DNA of 64,000 nucleotides from Haliotis cracherodii (Eukaryota): NCBI RefSeq assembly GCF_022045235.1, contig NW_027266286.1, positions 46,500,001 to 46,564,000 of the forward strand, read 5' to 3'. Shown piece by piece: positions 27,992 to 40,328 of this stretch (position 1 is its first letter; each line of letters starts with the position of its first letter). The notes under the pieces were generated by a model. It saw only the letters and a program-made list of their open reading frames with translations, ran no database searches and was not told where the DNA came from. The position numbers and the translations under genes were made by a program.

Positions 27992-28055
27992 CTGCATGAG
28001 CCACCCGAAGCATGTAGAACACACAGGCGATCGCGATATGACTCCAGTAGTTCAT
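27992..28055 (-). CDS. Leader exon L4 (close paralog of gene A exon 1)
   Basis: MNYWSHIAIACVFYMLRVAHA G|gtgagg; 64 nt, phase 1. Flanks 27908-28079 align with 11457-11627. Confidence 0.75.
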
Positions 28056-28299
28056 AGTCGCAGTGGAAGCATATCAGTCCTTGTTTAGGCCGCCTACAAG
28101 GAAGTAAAATAAGAACACCCAGTGTCTGCAACAAACATTACATGGTCCTTGTTCAATATTAGGTAAATAAGTGACATGCAAGGACACCAACCCTTTACTG
28201 TCATTCACTGCATTGTTGAAGGACACATAGCATCGTTCATGGTAACAACTAATAATGAACGACACTAAGCATGTGTACATTAACCAATATCCGAATGTT

Positions 28300-29050
28300 A
28301 ACTTGGTTCTTAGTACGATACAGCGTTTTTATATTTGTAGGAAATGCTTTGAAATGTTTTCCGCTACACATGTGATAGAATATATGACCTCCTTGTCTTG
28401 ACAGCAAATAAAGGTGACACTACCCTTTTCGTAATCAGAATAAATCTCTTTTGTCCACTTACATACGACATATTTATGCGCTGGCATACGTACATACTTC
28501 GTATAGGTATGGGTATTTGCTAGTTTTGTTCTTGTCTTGATTTTGTCAATACGAGCAGAAATACCGAATCATATGCATAAAGAAACAGACCAGTAAGGAA
28601 GGGAGCAGAATGGGAGCCCCTTTGGATGCCAACTTCTTGCTTAAATGTATTATTCCCACGTTTCACATAATTATAAAAATATGAAATTATGTTATCAGTG
28701 AGGAAGTCCAACAATTTGCAAATTGTTTTATCAGAAAACTTAATATGAAATTTACTTTCATCTTTGACAAATTGTCCTGAAATTTGCAGATGGGGGTTGT
28801 AACTACATCTATGATCAACACGCTTTGTGATCAGGGAATGAAGCATTTCTTTAAGTTTGTCTTGTGGGATAGCGATGTACAAAGTTGAAAACAAAACGTA
28901 AATTGGTTCGTTTCTGGGATTGCGAAAAATCAAGCAAATTCTTTGACTTTCCGAGTCATCCACATGGTATTAATTCCACTTCTCCCATGTACGGATTATT
29001 AATGGACCCTTAGAATGGACATTAATGCTTTAGACAAAAATCGTAACTAA
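28300..29050 (-). mobile_element. Penelope-like retroelement RT fragment
   Basis: FSTLYIAIPQDKLK...ICKLLDFLTDNI...FKQEVGIQRGSHSAPFLTGLFLY resembles PLE RT motifs (DFSTLYT.IPH; Q..GIPMG..AP.LA.LFL). Confidence 0.75.
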
Positions 29051-30172
29051 AATTAAAATTTGAAATATTGTGGGACATTTAGGGAAACTGACTATTGTCT
29101 GAGAATGTTAATTATATTTTGGAAAACTATTCCCTTGTTTGCAAATATCAAATTCAGGAATATGCAGTCTTGGCTTTTATTTAGGGGATTCTGTTTCCGG
29201 TTTGGCGAAACGTTTCAAAGCAAACGGTCATCGTTCATCAACAGAAAAGATGCTGTAGATCATAGTCTTGTGCAGACATAAAGTTTCCCTAAGGAAGAGC
29301 ACCCAATCTTCCAAATCAATGGTGTTATGTGCAGGTACTGTATAATGTTTCTGACGTATTTTGCATGACTACATGAGTGTAGAATATAATTAAAAAGCAA
29401 TATTTATCTACTTGGTATATGGGTCCGTGAGGTGGTTATTAATATATTCCAAATTTGTATCCTATCTTCTATTTATTACACATTTTTTTTTTGTGTCTCG
29501 ATGTAAGAATACACTGTGTTTAATATATATTTGTAAGTGCATTTTACACACATCTTATATAATTTTGTAGATAATGTCTTCCAGACAATATATGTCCTCG
29601 TTTGTGAATGGTTTACTTGGGCATAGTCTTGTATTTAGCAACTCAATTGGCTTTGTTGTTTGAGCATATTTGGAATATTTAGTAATACAGAAAAACATTT
29701 CTGAAATCGGTATAAAAACGTCATGTATGTGATTTGTTCCATGTTCCCTTTTCGTATTAATCCATCTATCTTATTATTATCTTTAAAGTGAGAGCATGTG
29801 CGTCAATATTTTAACAAAGTTTCTGATTCACCTTACGCTTATTTGTATGGCATCCAATATTAGTGTGACGTGAACACATCTGTTTATAATTCTCAAATGG
29901 TAATATTTTTATATTGCTATTCAACAAGTGATGCATGTCACAGTTACTAACACGTAGCAATCTTGAACCAGTGCAAACTTGTTCCTTTATCACGTTTTTT
30001 GGTATGAACGTCGGACTTTCACACCAATCAAGAGGATCTTTTCACAGAGTGTTGGAGGTCAACATGTGTTTCGTGTCCACCGTTTCCCACATGATCCAGG
30101 CCAGTAGGTACACCTATAGGTACATTGTGTGATATAACTGTCAACATAGGTCAATGGAATATATCGAAGGCA

Positions 30173-33100
30173 ATGAATCACTGTGACATCCTCCTGGTTT
30201 TCTTTGCTTTGATGATCTGTTCAAGCTCTGGTAGGATATTGTCTGTTACAGACTATATGTAACGTATACTAGAACACTTCCGAACAATAACATGTGTCAT
30301 TGACTGGAATGTCAAATATCTGTGGGGTGTTGATATCGCCACCTCGTACCTTTGCTCACTGAGATAGACTACTTGTTTGATTGTGTACGTCTCATTCCAG
30401 AAACGCAAATTAGAATCTAGTTAGTGTGGGGAAATGTATGCAAACCAATATAATTTTGTTCACGGTTTAGTCAGTAAGTGTGTGTTCGGAACAAATATTG
30501 GGGAATGGGTGGCCCAGAGACGTTTGGCCAAATAACTCACTTAACAATTCATGGATCGCTGGTGTCTTATCCAAGACCGTCACCTTGATGATCGTCGGTT
30601 TTCCAGTAGCATATACAGCCATGACTTCCATCTCTGTGGGATTTTGTCCCGGAATATATCATCGTACACGTCATGACATGTATTTAAATAAAATACCGCG
30701 CTAAGAGACCCCAAACCAAACTCACTCACTAAAGGCTTATTCTTCGTAATTATCAGTGGGCTTTAATGTACACACTGTTCCTCCTCAAAATTCAGCATGT
30801 CAAACATAAAAAGCAATGTTAGTATATCACATATGTCTACATTATGTTCACAGTCCATGTGTTGGCACTACAATGTCCGCACTGCCACCGGGTGCAGAAT
30901 GTGAACCACTGTCTGGAACGTACAGAGACCTGCAGCGCCTTCCAAGATGTCTGTAGTCAGAATAAATTTTATTTTGTTAACTAATATCATTAATATCAAT
31001 TTGTTTAGTAATGTATTGGTTTTCATAAAATATACATCATGCAATTAAATGACGTGGTATTTCAACAGTNNNNNNNNNNNNNNNNNNNNNNNNNNNNNNN
31101 NNNNNNNNNNNNNNNNNNNNNNNNNNNNNNNNNNNNNNNNNNNNNNNNNNNNNNNNNNNNNNNNNNNNNNNNNNNNNNNNNNNNNNNNNNNNNNNNNNNN
31201 NNNTAGTTGTAGCAAAGTCCTCATGATCAACGCGTTACGTCATCATACTGTTCTCCATGACACATATATATTTTCCAAGGTGTGCATTGGTGTTTTGGAT
31301 GAATGGCACGTGACCTTCGGGTGTGGCACCATGAAGGTAGACATTCACATATATTTCCTTGAAAGTTGAAAACATTTTGTACGCTCCCTTTGCGTTTTTA
31401 TCCTTCGCGACTAAGGGTAGAAACATTGTGTTCCATCTAGATATTTTTTGCTTTCTTGGTCACCTTTTCGATATCGAATAAACGTTAACAGTTGCAAACG
31501 TTCAACATTTCGTCTATCATGCTCAGGTTAGTCTTTTTTTCTGTACAAACTGAGTTCAAAGAAAGGTTATTATGACCATGCGCAAATATATAAAATGCCA
31601 AAAAATGTTTGCTTTCGTCATGAATAACAAGACAATATAAGGTATAATAAAAAACTCCATGGTCTGTGGAAGATTGTACAAATATACGTCTCATGTTGAA
31701 GTGTGTATTCAATTATAGGACACGTTTACTACTGGCTGCGTGGTATTTATAATCTCGTAAAGCGTAAACATTCCTTTCATGTCACCGACTTTAGAGATGT
31801 GATTATGATGGTCTACAAGACACTACTGACTGTAGAGGTACACACCCATTTGGACCCCGCGACAAGTGTACTGTGTGCTGCACAGGGGACATCTGCCAAT
31901 CTAGGATGATGCACGTACAACACGGTAAGAAGATGCTACGATCAAACACATACATCTTTAGGATCAGTCTGTATATACATATCCTTTGTCCTAATATGTA
32001 CCTCAGTATAATTTGTGGATGTACTCCATGCGAAACGAATAGCTTTCAATAGAGTTTCATATTACATGTCCATTTTATTGTTATTATCCATGTGATATAA
32101 ATAACTTGGTTGTAAACAATAACAATTAATTGTTATTATATTCTTATGTCTCTACAATGAATGTGTCCGTTGGAAATATATACAGTACTCAACATGTGAC
32201 AAGGACACTAAGATATTTCATGTTGTTAGCAAACTGGATGTTAACTTAATTTATTAGTGTAATTATGTTTATGTAACTTAACATAAAGCTAAAAATGATT
32301 TAGTGCCTTGACAATATGGAATACTATTCGCTTGACAACATTTTAAGCTATTCAGTCCCACTTAGAGACTTGGAGTATCCCCCACAAAAGTTGGGTTGTG
32401 TATAAGTACAAATCCCAAACTGCTTGTGTGACACAAAAAACTAGTCGTCACGTTGCCACATACATCTTGTCATCCTCAACAAATTAGCATGTGGATGTCA
32501 TTGTATGTCATGTATTTCAGGGTTAGACACTGTGCCTGGCGTGATCCATTGTCCAGTTTGTCATAATGAAGACGACCCTCAGAGATGCCTTGACAATGTC
32601 ATACCCTGTGAACATCACCACAGAGTGAGTAAATCATACCATATCATTGAAGGAACTTCTCGCATCCATGAATATATAATTCCTAACCCGACTGATAAGG
32701 CGTTATAAACAATGTTTTAAATAATATTTAATAACGACTTCGTTTTACATTGTAGTGATATACAAATATAAAACTTTCACTTCAGACATGTGAAATAAAG
32801 AACATTGATGGGAAATGGTCGTCTAGATGTTCTCACAACTCGTCGGTAAGTATCTTGTGTAACGGAGGACATTATCTGCGTCTTATATATATCTCCAGGG
32901 TTGGGTCAGTAGTTTGCATTGATTGTTCGTTCCAGGCGCCCATGGCCATGACTTGTTGATTTATGTTAGGCATTCATGTTCTTCCACGATATTCCAGTGC
33001 CTCCAACCATCAAATCAGTACCCACCCGACTGCACTCAATCCTCAGGAAGCAAGGAGTGTGTGTTCTGTTGCAACGACCACACTTGTCTCGACTATGCAT

Positions 33101-34836
33101 TTGGTATAAAGCACCTACCTACACCTTCAGCGACAACCACAAGCGTTGGAGGGACTTCGGCGACGTTGACGTTTGCTCCACCGTCCACATGTCGTGACCA
33201 GTCCCTTTTCCCGTGTCACAGAGCTGTTGGAGAGGCCTGCACGGACCCTGACATATCCAAGGACTTCTGTCCACTGACATGCGGCTTTTGTAGACGTACG
33301 TGCTTCGTATATAGATCGGTCATTTTTGTTCTTCTTATGATGGAAACATACATTCGCCTTTTCGCACCAATACGCAACCACTGCTAAATGGTCTGTTTAA
33401 TTTTAGCTAATTTTCAGTTACAAAGAAACTGAAATGACTGTACACGTTATGAAGTATAAAGGACGAATAGCAGTTATAAAATAATAATCTGGACAAAATA
33501 AAATAAAAGATAATTCTTGTATGCCCATAAGTTCAAATGCACATCCTAATAGAACACACAAGAACAAACCCCCAAAAGAATATGACATTTCTTAAATATC
33601 GATGAACATTGTAACATTAATATTATGCATCCACAACTCTATTCCACCTACAGATCACTGTAGTAATGGGTCATGAGCTGTTAGACTCACATATTGTAGG
33701 AATACAATAAAACTATATGCAAATTGTCGACACATCGTTAGTATGAACCAATATGCGTTGATAAACCTTGTTTGATAACATATAAATTTCGGTATACGAA
33801 GACATATATAGAAGAAATCAATATTCCGTCCAGTTCATATTTCCCCTTGAATTCCATATACGCTTGATTACTACACAACAGGTCTTCGTTTTGCAGCCCG
33901 TTCAACAACTGTAACCACTAGACACGTGTCTTCCCCATCCAGTGTGACACGTGGAAGGGCAACAACAACTGAACGTGCGACGAATGCACCAAATACACAA
34001 ACGACTCATCATCAAATTAAACACACGACGCATGCGCCAAATAAACAAACGACGCATTCATCCACCAAACTCACGACATATAGTCCACATAAACATTCGA
34101 CTGATGCTCCAGCTATGCAAACGACGCATGTACCAACTAGACACGCAACACCCCCCCAAACAACTCAAATACACACAAAACACACCACACATATGGCGAT
34201 GCATCACACATCACATACGACAGTTAGAAAAGTTCCACATACACATCAGTCTATGTCCCACCCAGGCATGACTACATCGCAGACGACAACGGCCCCTAGG
34301 TCAACAACGTCATTAGCGTTTTCTACAACGCACGACATCATACCATCAGGAATAGGTAAGGTCTTTAGCCAGGTCAGTTAACAAGTTATGCTTTTATTGG
34401 TTGATTACACCTATTGTTGATTACAATCCTTACTGACTGCCTCTTTCTTCACCTCTACCTCTTTCTTCTCTCTCGTTCGCAAGCTCTACCACTTCCTACC
34501 CTCTTGTTACCACCGTTCTATCTTCTCATTCTTATTTTTACCCCTCTCTCTGCATCTACCCTCTCGTTCTCCATCTATCCCTAGCTAGTTTAGCGTTCTT
34601 CATCTCTGTGCATATCTACATCCTGTTCTCCATGTCTATTTCGTCTACAAATCTCATTCTCCACACATATAATTATGTATCTACCCTCTCGTATTCCATC
34701 ACTATCTAGCCTCGCATTGTCCACATTTATTTCACATCTCGCTACTTCTGTCTACACTCTCGATGTCAACATGTACCTCTATCTTCCCTATTGTTCTCTA
34801 TCTCTTTATGTAACTTTTCGTCTTTCGATCTCTTTC

Positions 34837-34907
<71 letters not shown>

Positions 34908-35734
34908 CTCTCTCATTTGCTAACTTTCAGTATCACACATCTTTCTTTTACGATTCCTTTTATCTCCTTCTCCTTCTGACACAATCTCTTTTCTTTCTCT
35001 CTCTCTATATCCCCTTCTCTACCTCTACATCTATCTCGATACCTATATCTCTCGCAACATTTCAGCCTTCTATTCTTTCTCTCCATATATCGCCCATTCT
35101 CCATCCAAACATCCGTCTGTATACCCCATTTGTCTCTCAACATTTCGTTTTCTTCAGTCTCTTCTCTCACCTCTTAAACACTTTTATATCCTTTTATATA
35201 TTATTCATCCCTCTCTATCTTTTTTACACGTTCTGTTTTACTTACTTACGACCATCGACTTTATGATGATAGATCACACTGAGTAGGATCCGGAGACTGT
35301 TCTATTAGGTAAAAAATACTCGTAAAGCGCAGATTAAATTTATATTTCAATTTGACAATGACACAGTTTCCTAAAACAATAATATGTACGTTGTGATCCA
35401 ATCATATAATGGTTGTCCTGTGTGTGTCCTTATTGCTAGGTCATTATATTTCCACTCGTGAGTTAAAACCATTATCCGGGTGCAGTTTACATTGAATACG
35501 CCTTTGCCACTGATATGCATGTTGACTTTTACCTGGTACAAAAACTACACTTAATTCCTCAATGTACACGCTACAGCATCGACAACCCTGATTAGTGACA
35601 TACTAGATTACTGTGCTGGCCTTTTGATTCCTCGTGACAAGGAAACAATGGCTTATGCAAAAAGTGGATCACGCGTCCCTGACACGAGTCCATCGTCAGT
35701 CTCGCAACTTCCTCCTTCACTTGTTAATACATAA
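30173..35734 (+). CDS. Gene C: secreted protein with two Ly6/uPAR-like 12-Cys domains, ShKT and Thr/His-rich mucin-like region (~472 aa)
   Basis: Exons 30173-30230 (MNHCDILLVFFALMICSSS), 30854-30948, 31280-31336, 31795-31924 (..CTVCCTGDIC), 32521-32624, 32786-32845, 32998-33295 (..CVFCCNDHTC..; ShKT CRDQSLFPC..C..FCPLTCGFC), 33897-34355, and a tentative last exon 35577-35734. All GT-AG and in frame. Confidence 0.8.
34440..35230 (+). repeat. Polypyrimidine low-complexity tract with (CT)n core at ~34839-34895
   Basis: Direct inspection; lies in the last predicted intron of gene C. Confidence 0.9.
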
Positions 35735-37774
35735 TGATTTGTGTGATCCCCATATGTTTGCACTGTTTGTCAGCATGTGCCAGGATGTAGTTCTGTCGAT
35801 CTGTTTTTATTGCAACGAAGGCTCTCCCTTTGCGTTTATATTATGTTAGTAAATTCTTGTCAAGTCACTTTTAACTTATCCGTCATTGCCGCGGATCCCA
35901 TGACACTACACTGTAGCGTATAGTTCATGGTGTGTGACTACCGAGCTTCACTGCTCATGTGGAATGCGTTTTAAATATGTACGTGTCCTTTATAACAACT
36001 GAACACAGTGGGGCTGGTTTGTCACACTGGCTGCCGAGTGACTGTTGAAGTCATTGATTTCTTTCTGTACAGGCAACGTATTATTTTATTGCATGTGGGC
36101 ATTGGTGACACGGTCGGCTGAGCGCCTCAATTCACTGTTTGAAGCTGCGTGCCTTAGACGCGACAGATACCCATGATCGTGGATTATCGCCTTGATTATC
36201 TTTCGAGGTTTACAGCACCATACCCGTGGGTTTCACATGGTGGTAAATGGTTCAGTTCTACACTAGTTTAGGCTTTCCTCCGAGAACGAGTTCACCATAC
36301 GCCGTGATATAACTGTGCGATTCGGGGATAATACGAACTATTTCTCACTGTTTTGAGTCTATCGATTCAATCTAAGTGTAGCGTGGCATCGATGTTAATA
36401 TTACATATCGCTAGATCTTACTGACGTATTAAAATTGCGAGGCATCGATAGTCCGATCAGTTGTTACTTCCATACTGCTGATGAATAACAGTTCTTTGGG
36501 GAGCTATAATGTGTAACTACTAAACCTATCTAATTAGGTGTTTCTGTCGCATTGTAGGCCCCCATCACCCTAATACTTCACACAACTAGTTTGTCTGGTC
36601 CAGATACTACTGTTAATACTATTAGGTAGCCGTGCTGAAGCTGTATTACCGCACTACACACATTTACACATAACATACATACACACATGTAGTGTCTCAA
36701 TGGTCATACTGACTGGGCATTCTACATATCTATTCGAACTACGTAGCCATTTTTATGCTGTACNNNNNNNNNNNNNNNNNNNNNNNNNNNNNNNNNNNNN
36801 NNNNNNNNNNNNNNNNNNNNNNNNNNNNNNNNNNNNNNNNNNNNNNNNNNNNNNNNNNNNNNNNNNNNNNNNNNNNNNNNNNNNNNNNNNNNNNNNNNNN
36901 NNNNNNNNNNNNNNNNNNNNNNNNNNNNNNNNNNNNNNNNNNNNNNNNNNNNNNNNNNNNNNNNNNNNNNNNNNNNNNNNNNNNNNNNNNNNNNNNNNNN
37001 NNNNNNNNNNNNNNNNNNNNNNNNNNNNNNNNNNTTCACATACATACATACAAACTACACGTACCATATGCTGTATTTATTCAGTGAACCAAGTTCCTGC
37101 ATTACATTAAGGACAATGAAAGCATACAATGAGGCTTATCCAACCAGACTGCCACTTGATACCCTGTAACAAATAGATAAATAGTTTTATTAAAACACCT
37201 GGATAAGGCAAACCTTGTCATGCCGTATTTAAAATAATTGTAAAACCAGTGAATTTGAAAGAGTAGATAAACACCTGGTTTGAACGATACCAACGACACG
37301 ACACTCTTCTCTAACATATAAGTAACAGACTCCGAACTTTATATCATGCAGCATGTCTGTTTGGCCCCTCTCGAAATGGTAGATATCATTAATGGGTCAT
37401 TACTATATAGGTGAAAGGGGCATGTGTGGTCCACTTGAAATAGTAGTTATTATTAGATATGTCGCATTTTGTCACACGTGTGTGTGCAGACAAATAGTGA
37501 GGTAAAAAGAGTGGGAAAAGAAGGGTATGGAGCTTTAATAATAGCAAGTCCGTGTCGATTTACCATATGTTTGTACTGTTTTTTTTATCTCCATTGCAAT
37601 TATCTAGGGAAATCAGATGGGGTCTTAGACTTGATATTGTTGAGACAGTAAACAAACACTTCTGAGAAACTCGAATACCAGACGTTGTAAAAAACACATA
37701 CTCACTCACAATTCAAAGCTTAGGCCTTTATGTAATTTAATTTGAGTAGAGTTGAAATGTCAGTGCGAATCAAC

Positions 37775-38492
37775 TTACGTTTTCTCACATATGTAACCAG
37801 CGTTATCGATGCAGTTGGCGTCATACCACATGAACCTCGACCCGTAGTTCTGCAGTACCCCACAGTCCTCGTTCCCGCTCTCAGACCCAGGCTGCCCCGA
37901 CCCCCAGTTGGCGTAGGTCACCTTGACCCCGCTATCTCCCCACACCCAGTTTCCCTCCTGGAGTTTGTCATTCGCTCCGAACCACGCCACGAACCCGGCT
38001 GTGGATACCACATCGTATATGTTTATGTCGAATCACTAGTAATATTTGTTACAGAACGTGACGGGTTTCTTTCAAATGTAAATACGGATGTACACATATT
38101 GTAGATACTAGTTTTATCATGACATATTTCAATTGCGTTTTTTGTTTTTTTCAGATAAGTTTATCTATTTACAAACCACTTACTTTGAAAATTCAGAATG
38201 AAATTATTGATGAAGTTGTTCTCTTCACTGTCTTCTATCTCGGCTAGGTAGGCGTTGAAGGTCCTGCAGATAGCCTGTTATAAAACGCTTCCTTTTTTGT
38301 TGTAAATAACTAAAATTATGTTGCATCCGTCCATTCATTTTTTAAATAAGTGACCCTTAATTACCCTCCCTTTATCAATGAGTCCTCATAAAGACATCTG
38401 GTTTGTAATCCCCTTGCGCATGATAGCGTCTTTTACCAATGTGGCAAATGATCTAAAATCAGATGATAAACCATAAGGACACGCACACGCAC

Positions 38493-38525
<33 letters not shown>

Positions 38526-39149
38526 TGTACGACCACACACACTGACTGATTCACTCATATTTAGCATGCTGAAGAAAATATTCATATTTGTTCACGTTCA
38601 TAATAAACACCAAAATCATGCTCTGCGTTTACACTTAACATTTATACCTGTCACGTGAAACCCAAGCCGTATTTGTCAAGCAGATATTTATGAGGGCGGT
38701 AGTACTTTACGGTTGAAGTGTCCTATTCAAGGAAAGCTACATCCGTTGACTGCACTTGAATACACATGCCTACCTTGGCGGTGTCGTATGGTTGCCAGGT
38801 TGAATTGAAGTTGTAGCACGAGTTCTTGTACACGACCCAGCCGTCGGGGCAGGCACAGGCACAGTCTAATCAAATAGTATATAAACGGTTATTGATATTG
38901 ATATCTTTCGTACAGTATTAAATGAAAATCGATGTCTTTGAATCTGATTGATGTGAGATTCCCAAAGACATTGTTTTCGTAATTCATGTATGTTGAGCTT
39001 TAAAACTCCAAAAGACAATGTGAAGTTATAATGTAATAATGTCTTATACGTAAGCTTTAATACGATAATTAATTAATCATACATGTACCTGCTGCGGGAA
39101 GGATGGTAAAAACCACGAACAAAAGGAAAGTATCGATTAAGGCGGCCAT
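37775..39149 (-). CDS. Gene D: secreted single-domain C-type lectin (perlucin-like), QPG/WYD motifs
   Basis: Exons 39149-39089 (MAALIDTFLLFVVFTILPAA), 38865-38774 (CPDGW..YKNSCY), 38274-38184 (C..FNAYLAEIEDSEEN), 37998-37779 (WFGAND..EGNWVW..W..GQPG..EDC..WYDANC..YICE). A short terminal exon may exist but was not located. Confidence 0.9.
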
Positions 39150-40328
39150 TTTGGTGTGACTGGTTCCCGACAATCTGTTGCCTCTCAGGCGATATGACAG
39201 GTCAACCCACGTAGAAGTGTTGACGACAGTTCATTGGAACACGTGTCCATTAATAGAGTTGAGAAATGTCCTTTATAAACTTGAACCTTATCATTTGAGG
39301 TACAATGTGAATGCGAATGTTGAACTCAACGAGGATGTTAGTGCTGGCAGAGTTACGTCCCTTATACAACGTTCCGAGTGTGGCAGTTAGTTTGAACAAA
39401 TATGCAGCATGACTTTATATGTGTGTTATAGTATCAACCATACAGTCATACGTTACGTGGCGTGAGTCTGAAAGTCCAATTGTCAGCAATATGTGTTCAT
39501 GGACAGAGCGTTTTCTAAGCTGGTTATAGTATAACATGTCAATAATTTTGTTAGTGTCTCAAGAGCATCTTGCAGGCATTTGGCCTCGGTTAAAGCATTG
39601 ACTAGTCTCGACGAAAGCACGGGGTTGATACCATCCTTGGACACAATGCTTGATGTAGTATTTACCGCCGTATAATGACTGGAAAATGTTCAAATCGGCT
39701 AACAACCAATAAATCGTGAGTGAATGGATGAGTGGGTGAATGTTTGTCATGTGAGTGACATATGAGTGAGTCTCTTGTAGATGTACCAACGTGACGAGGA
39801 AATGAGTCAAACCGTCCCGACAGGTCAGTGGGTCAATCATCCGAGGCACATATGTGCATACAGGTCATTGTAATCGGTTCCTATATAAGGGAAGGCGGTC
39901 CATTGCCGTACGGCAGAACGGACGCTGTTTTGTGAACTGACGACATCTTATTACAGTGCAGGTCCTGTTCTCATATGAGCAGATAAGTCGTGTCCTGGTC
40001 TAAATATAATCCGAGACACGTTTTATATTGGGCAGCAGTACAGCATAGCGGTTGAAATAATGACGCCAAGTATATCTTCACAAGACCAAGCCAATATATT
40101 GAATTATAGCAATGCTACTCAATACATTGGATATAAGATGTATTTTGAGTATTCCTAACTGCATGGATATCTGTATACATAACCTGCCAGTACATGCATC
40201 TGGAACTAAAATGCCTTTTGTTTAGCATATTAGGGGTTAACTGAGGTCAACGGTCCATGTTAACCGCTGATAAGATGTTGTACTTATCTCAGGTTAGACA
40301 CATTCTCTTATTTTGTCCTGACTTACCA

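Noticed and set aside
36700-37110. ORFs spanning N runs (also 31045-31369, 50217-50441, 61876-62135)
   Set aside because: Artefacts of assembly gaps at 31070-31203, 36764-37034, 50251-50422 and 61959-62086.
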